From: Pyrinomonadaceae bacterium
GTDB taxonomy: Bacteria > Acidobacteriota > Blastocatellia > Pyrinomonadales > Pyrinomonadaceae
Assembly (NCBI GenBank): GCA_046313635.1
Contig: JBKBYA010000009.1
Span: forward strand, 32,001-96,000
DNA length: 64,000 nt
Direction of reading: 5' to 3'
Position numbers and translations under genes: made by a program. Shown piece by piece: positions 61,415 through 64,000 of this stretch. The first letter of the stretch is position 1; every line of letters starts with the position of its first letter. A model generated the notes under the pieces. The model saw only the letters and a list, made by a program, of their open reading frames with translations. It had not been told where the DNA came from and searched no databases.

Positions 61415-62371
61415 ATCGCTACTCATCACGCTCACCATCATTCTCACGGAGCGGCGGGCCGCGGTCAGGTCGGCCGGCTCAAGATCGCGCTTGGACTTAC
61501 CTTTGTGTATATGCTCGCCGAGGCGGCGGGCGGATGGTACGCAAATTCCCTTGCACTGCTCGCCGACGCGGGCCATATGCTGACCGACGTCGCCGCGATG
61601 GCTCTGACGCTCGGCGCGTTCTGGTTCGCGGGACGGCCGGCTACCTCAAAAAAGACGTACGGTTACTACCGGGCCGAGATCCTCGCCGCGTTTGTCAACG
61701 GCGTGGCGCTGGCGTGCATCTCGGTGTGGGTCATTGTGGAGGCCGTGCAGAGATGGAGCGAAAGGCCGGAGATCAGAGGGGTCGAGCTAACGGCTGTCGC
61801 CGCCGGCGGTCTCGCCGTCAATATCGCCGCGGCCTTTCTGCTGCATTCCGGCAAAGATCACAACCTGAATATGCGCGGGGCGTGGCTGCACGTGATGGGC
61901 GACGCGGCCGGCTCGGTCGCGGCGATCGTCGCGGGCGTTTTGATCGTGCTGTTTGACCTCGTCTGGGCCGACGCGGTGAGCAGCGTCGTCATCAGCCTGA
62001 TCATCATCTACGGCGCCTGGCGGCTGATCGTCGATTCGGTAAATGTACTGCTTGAGGGGACGCCGGCTCACATCAGTCTCGACGCGGTCGAGAGCGCGAT
62101 CCTCGAGACGTCGGGCGTCGGCGGCGTGCACGACCTGCACGTCTGGACGATCTCGTCCGGCATTGAGGCCCTCTCGGCGCATATCAGCCACGACCCGCGC
62201 GTACCGCACTCTGAGCTGCTCGCTCTCATTCGCAAAAAGCTTCACGACCAGTTCGGCATCGACCATCTGACGATCCAGATGGAAACGCTCGATCTCGAGG
62301 CCGAGGTCGTTTACGTCTGCGAGACGGGGACGCGGTGCTTCGTGCCCGCCCCGCCGCAGCGGCAGAATTAG
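61415..62371 (+). CDS. Cation diffusion facilitator (CzcD/ZitB-like); start inferred at ATC 61415
   Basis: SLALLADAGHMLTD, TYGY.R.E, NLN.RGA.LHV.GD, HDLHVW; His-rich leader and TM1 lie in frame upstream of GTG 61505. Confidence 0.9.
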   Translation: MATHHAHHHSHGAAGRGQVGRLKIALGLTFVYMLAEAAGGWYANSLALLADAGHMLTDVAAMALTLGAFWFAGRPATSKKTYGYYRAEILAAFVNGVALACISVWVIVEAVQRWSERPEIRGVELTAVAAGGLAVNIAAAFLLHSGKDHNLNMRGAWLHVMGDAAGSVAAIVAGVLIVLFDLVWADAVSSVVISLIIIYGAWRLIVDSVNVLLEGTPAHISLDAVESAILETSGVGGVHDLHVWTISSGIEALSAHISHDPRVPHSELLALIRKKLHDQFGIDHLTIQMETLDLEAEVVYVCETGTRCFVPAPPQRQN

Positions 62372-62389
62372 GATCTCTCAGACCAGACC

Positions 62390-63667
62390 ATGCCGCCCGA
62401 GCGCAATATCGTCCATCTCAAGTACGGCCGCGACTCGATCGAATTAGGCTTCGATCCCGACCGATTCGAGATCCTTCGCAGCGCCGGCGGCGATCGTCCG
62501 CCGGTGAGCGACGTCCGGCTCGGCGAGATGCTCGACCGCCCAGTCGATTCGCCGCCGCTCGAGGAGATCGTTGGTCGCGGCGAGAGCGTGCTGCTCGTCG
62601 TGCCCGACGCGACGCGGCAGACGGCGGCCGGCCAGGTGGTGAATCTCGTCGTCCGACGGCTGATCGCGAACGGCACGCAGCCGCACGAGATCGCGATCAT
62701 TTTTGCGACCGGCATTCACCGCCGGGTCACCGAGGCCGAACGCGCCGAGATCCTGACGCCTTTCATCGCGCAGCGTATCAAGACGTTCGATCATGCGGCG
62801 TCGATGGCGATCACGAATTTTCGCTTTGGCGAGACGTCCGGCGGGATACCGGTCGAGCTCGACTGGCGGCTGTCGGAGTTTGATCACGTCGTGCCGGTCG
62901 GCGGTGCGGCGTTCCATTATTTTGCGGGCTTCACAGGCGGCCGCAAGCTGATCTGCCCGGGGCTCGCGTCGGAGCGGACCATCGCCGAGACGCACAAGCT
63001 CGCTTTTGACTGCCGGCAAATGCGGCGCAGCGACGGGGTCGGCCCGGCGCTGCTCGACGGCAATCCCGTGCACGAGGCCTTTGTCGAGGCGGCGGCGTTT
63101 GCCGAGCCCTCATTCTGCATCACGACGATCGTCGACGAGGCGGGGCGGGCGACCGATCTTTTTTGCGGCGACTGGATCACGTCGCACCGCGCCGCCTGTG
63201 ACGAGTTTGCCGCCCGGCACACGGTCGAGATCGAGGAGGGTCGCGATCTCGTCATCGCGAGCTGCGGCGGATGGCCGCACGACATTAATTTGATCCAGGC
63301 GCACAAGACGCTCGAGGCCGCGTCGAGGGCCTGCCGCGACGGCGGCACGATCGTCCTGCTTGCCAAGTGTGAGGACGGTCTCGGGCGGGCAGATTTTATC
63401 GATTGGTTTGACGCGGGCGATTCGCAGCGGCTCGCTGTGTGGCTCTGCGAGAATTATCAGGTCAACGGCCAGACGGCGTGGAGCCTGATGCGCAAGGCCG
63501 AGAAGTTTGACGTGCGCATCGTGACATCGCTGCCGCCCGAAGTCGCGTCGAGGACAAAGATGACGCCGTACCCCGATCTCGACTCGGCGCTCGCGGGCGT
63601 CAAAACAAGAACGGCAGGATTCATCCTGCCGTTCGGAGCCAAAACTCACGTTGTCGCCGCTACCTGA
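62390..63667 (+). CDS. larA: Nickel-dependent lactate racemase (LarA) family protein
   Basis: PDATR, ATGIHR, HYFAGFTGGRKLICPG, NPVH, GG.P.D.NL.QA.K; substrate not assignable from sequence alone. Confidence 0.85.
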   Translation: MPPERNIVHLKYGRDSIELGFDPDRFEILRSAGGDRPPVSDVRLGEMLDRPVDSPPLEEIVGRGESVLLVVPDATRQTAAGQVVNLVVRRLIANGTQPHEIAIIFATGIHRRVTEAERAEILTPFIAQRIKTFDHAASMAITNFRFGETSGGIPVELDWRLSEFDHVVPVGGAAFHYFAGFTGGRKLICPGLASERTIAETHKLAFDCRQMRRSDGVGPALLDGNPVHEAFVEAAAFAEPSFCITTIVDEAGRATDLFCGDWITSHRAACDEFAARHTVEIEEGRDLVIASCGGWPHDINLIQAHKTLEAASRACRDGGTIVLLAKCEDGLGRADFIDWFDAGDSQRLAVWLCENYQVNGQTAWSLMRKAEKFDVRIVTSLPPEVASRTKMTPYPDLDSALAGVKTRTAGFILPFGAKTHVVAAT

Positions 63668-64000
63668 CGCGAAAGGTCCTCGCTATCGAATCGGTAAAAT
63701 TTCTGATCGACTTCAGCTTGTCGCGTTCGCCCGTGAACCGAAGCACGTAGATCGAGCCGTCCGGAGTTTTCAAAAAGTAAAATCGGCCGCTCATATTTCG
63801 GCCCGACGCAACGTACTCGTAGTTAAAGACGGTGCCGCGGTAATTGCCCGCGAAATTCTCCTCCTTGCCGCGGACGTATCCGGGATTGAAACGCAGCTTG
63901 GTCTCTTCTTCCTGTATCACGTCGGCGAGGATCGCGTCCTTCGGCACAGAGAGCTTACGCACCTCAAGGCGGCCGTCGCGCCGGTCGTTGTAAACGTACT
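63660..64000 (-). CDS. Hypothetical protein (5' end outside window)
   Basis: Frame stays open to the window edge; stop overlaps the larA end. Confidence 0.65.
   Translation of the reverse strand, partial: YVYNDRRDGRLEVRKLSVPKDAILADVIQEEETKLRFNPGYVRGKEENFAGNYRGTVFNYEYVASGRNMSGRFYFLKTPDGSIYVLRFTGERDKLKSIRNFTDSIARTFRVR

Overview
GC-rich bacterial chromosome segment, mostly housekeeping and metabolic genes; gene content tentatively suggests Acidobacteria (Blastocatellia-like), which is inference only. It contains a partial selB, folA, tkt, xth, an orphan DNA methyltransferase, atpF'-F-H-A-G with a vapBC-type toxin-antitoxin pair between atpA and atpG and no atpD/atpC, the ffh-rpsP-khpA-rimM-trmD-rplS-rnhB operon, a lower-GC Rhs toxin/immunity island, pdxH, icd, purEK, crcB, and a GAF-TerC-FecR-CDF-LarA cluster. 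I saw no rRNA, tRNA, CRISPR array or transposase. Main unusual observations: (1) a stand-alone alanyl-tRNA synthetase gene with its own promoter that lacks the N-terminal catalytic domain, suggesting a split AlaRS. (2) Inverted arrays of degenerate 7-, 8- and 9-mer tandem repeats at gene junctions, including 5 of the 6 junctions of the ffh operon, each with a different unit. (3) Two homologous nested palindromic elements of about 280 bp. (4) A REP-like palindrome inserted in-frame into an aldehyde dehydrogenase. (5) An Rhs core with an unrecognised toxin tip, an Asp-box lipoprotein and an orphan second core. (6) A CDF transporter that appears to need an ATC start codon.
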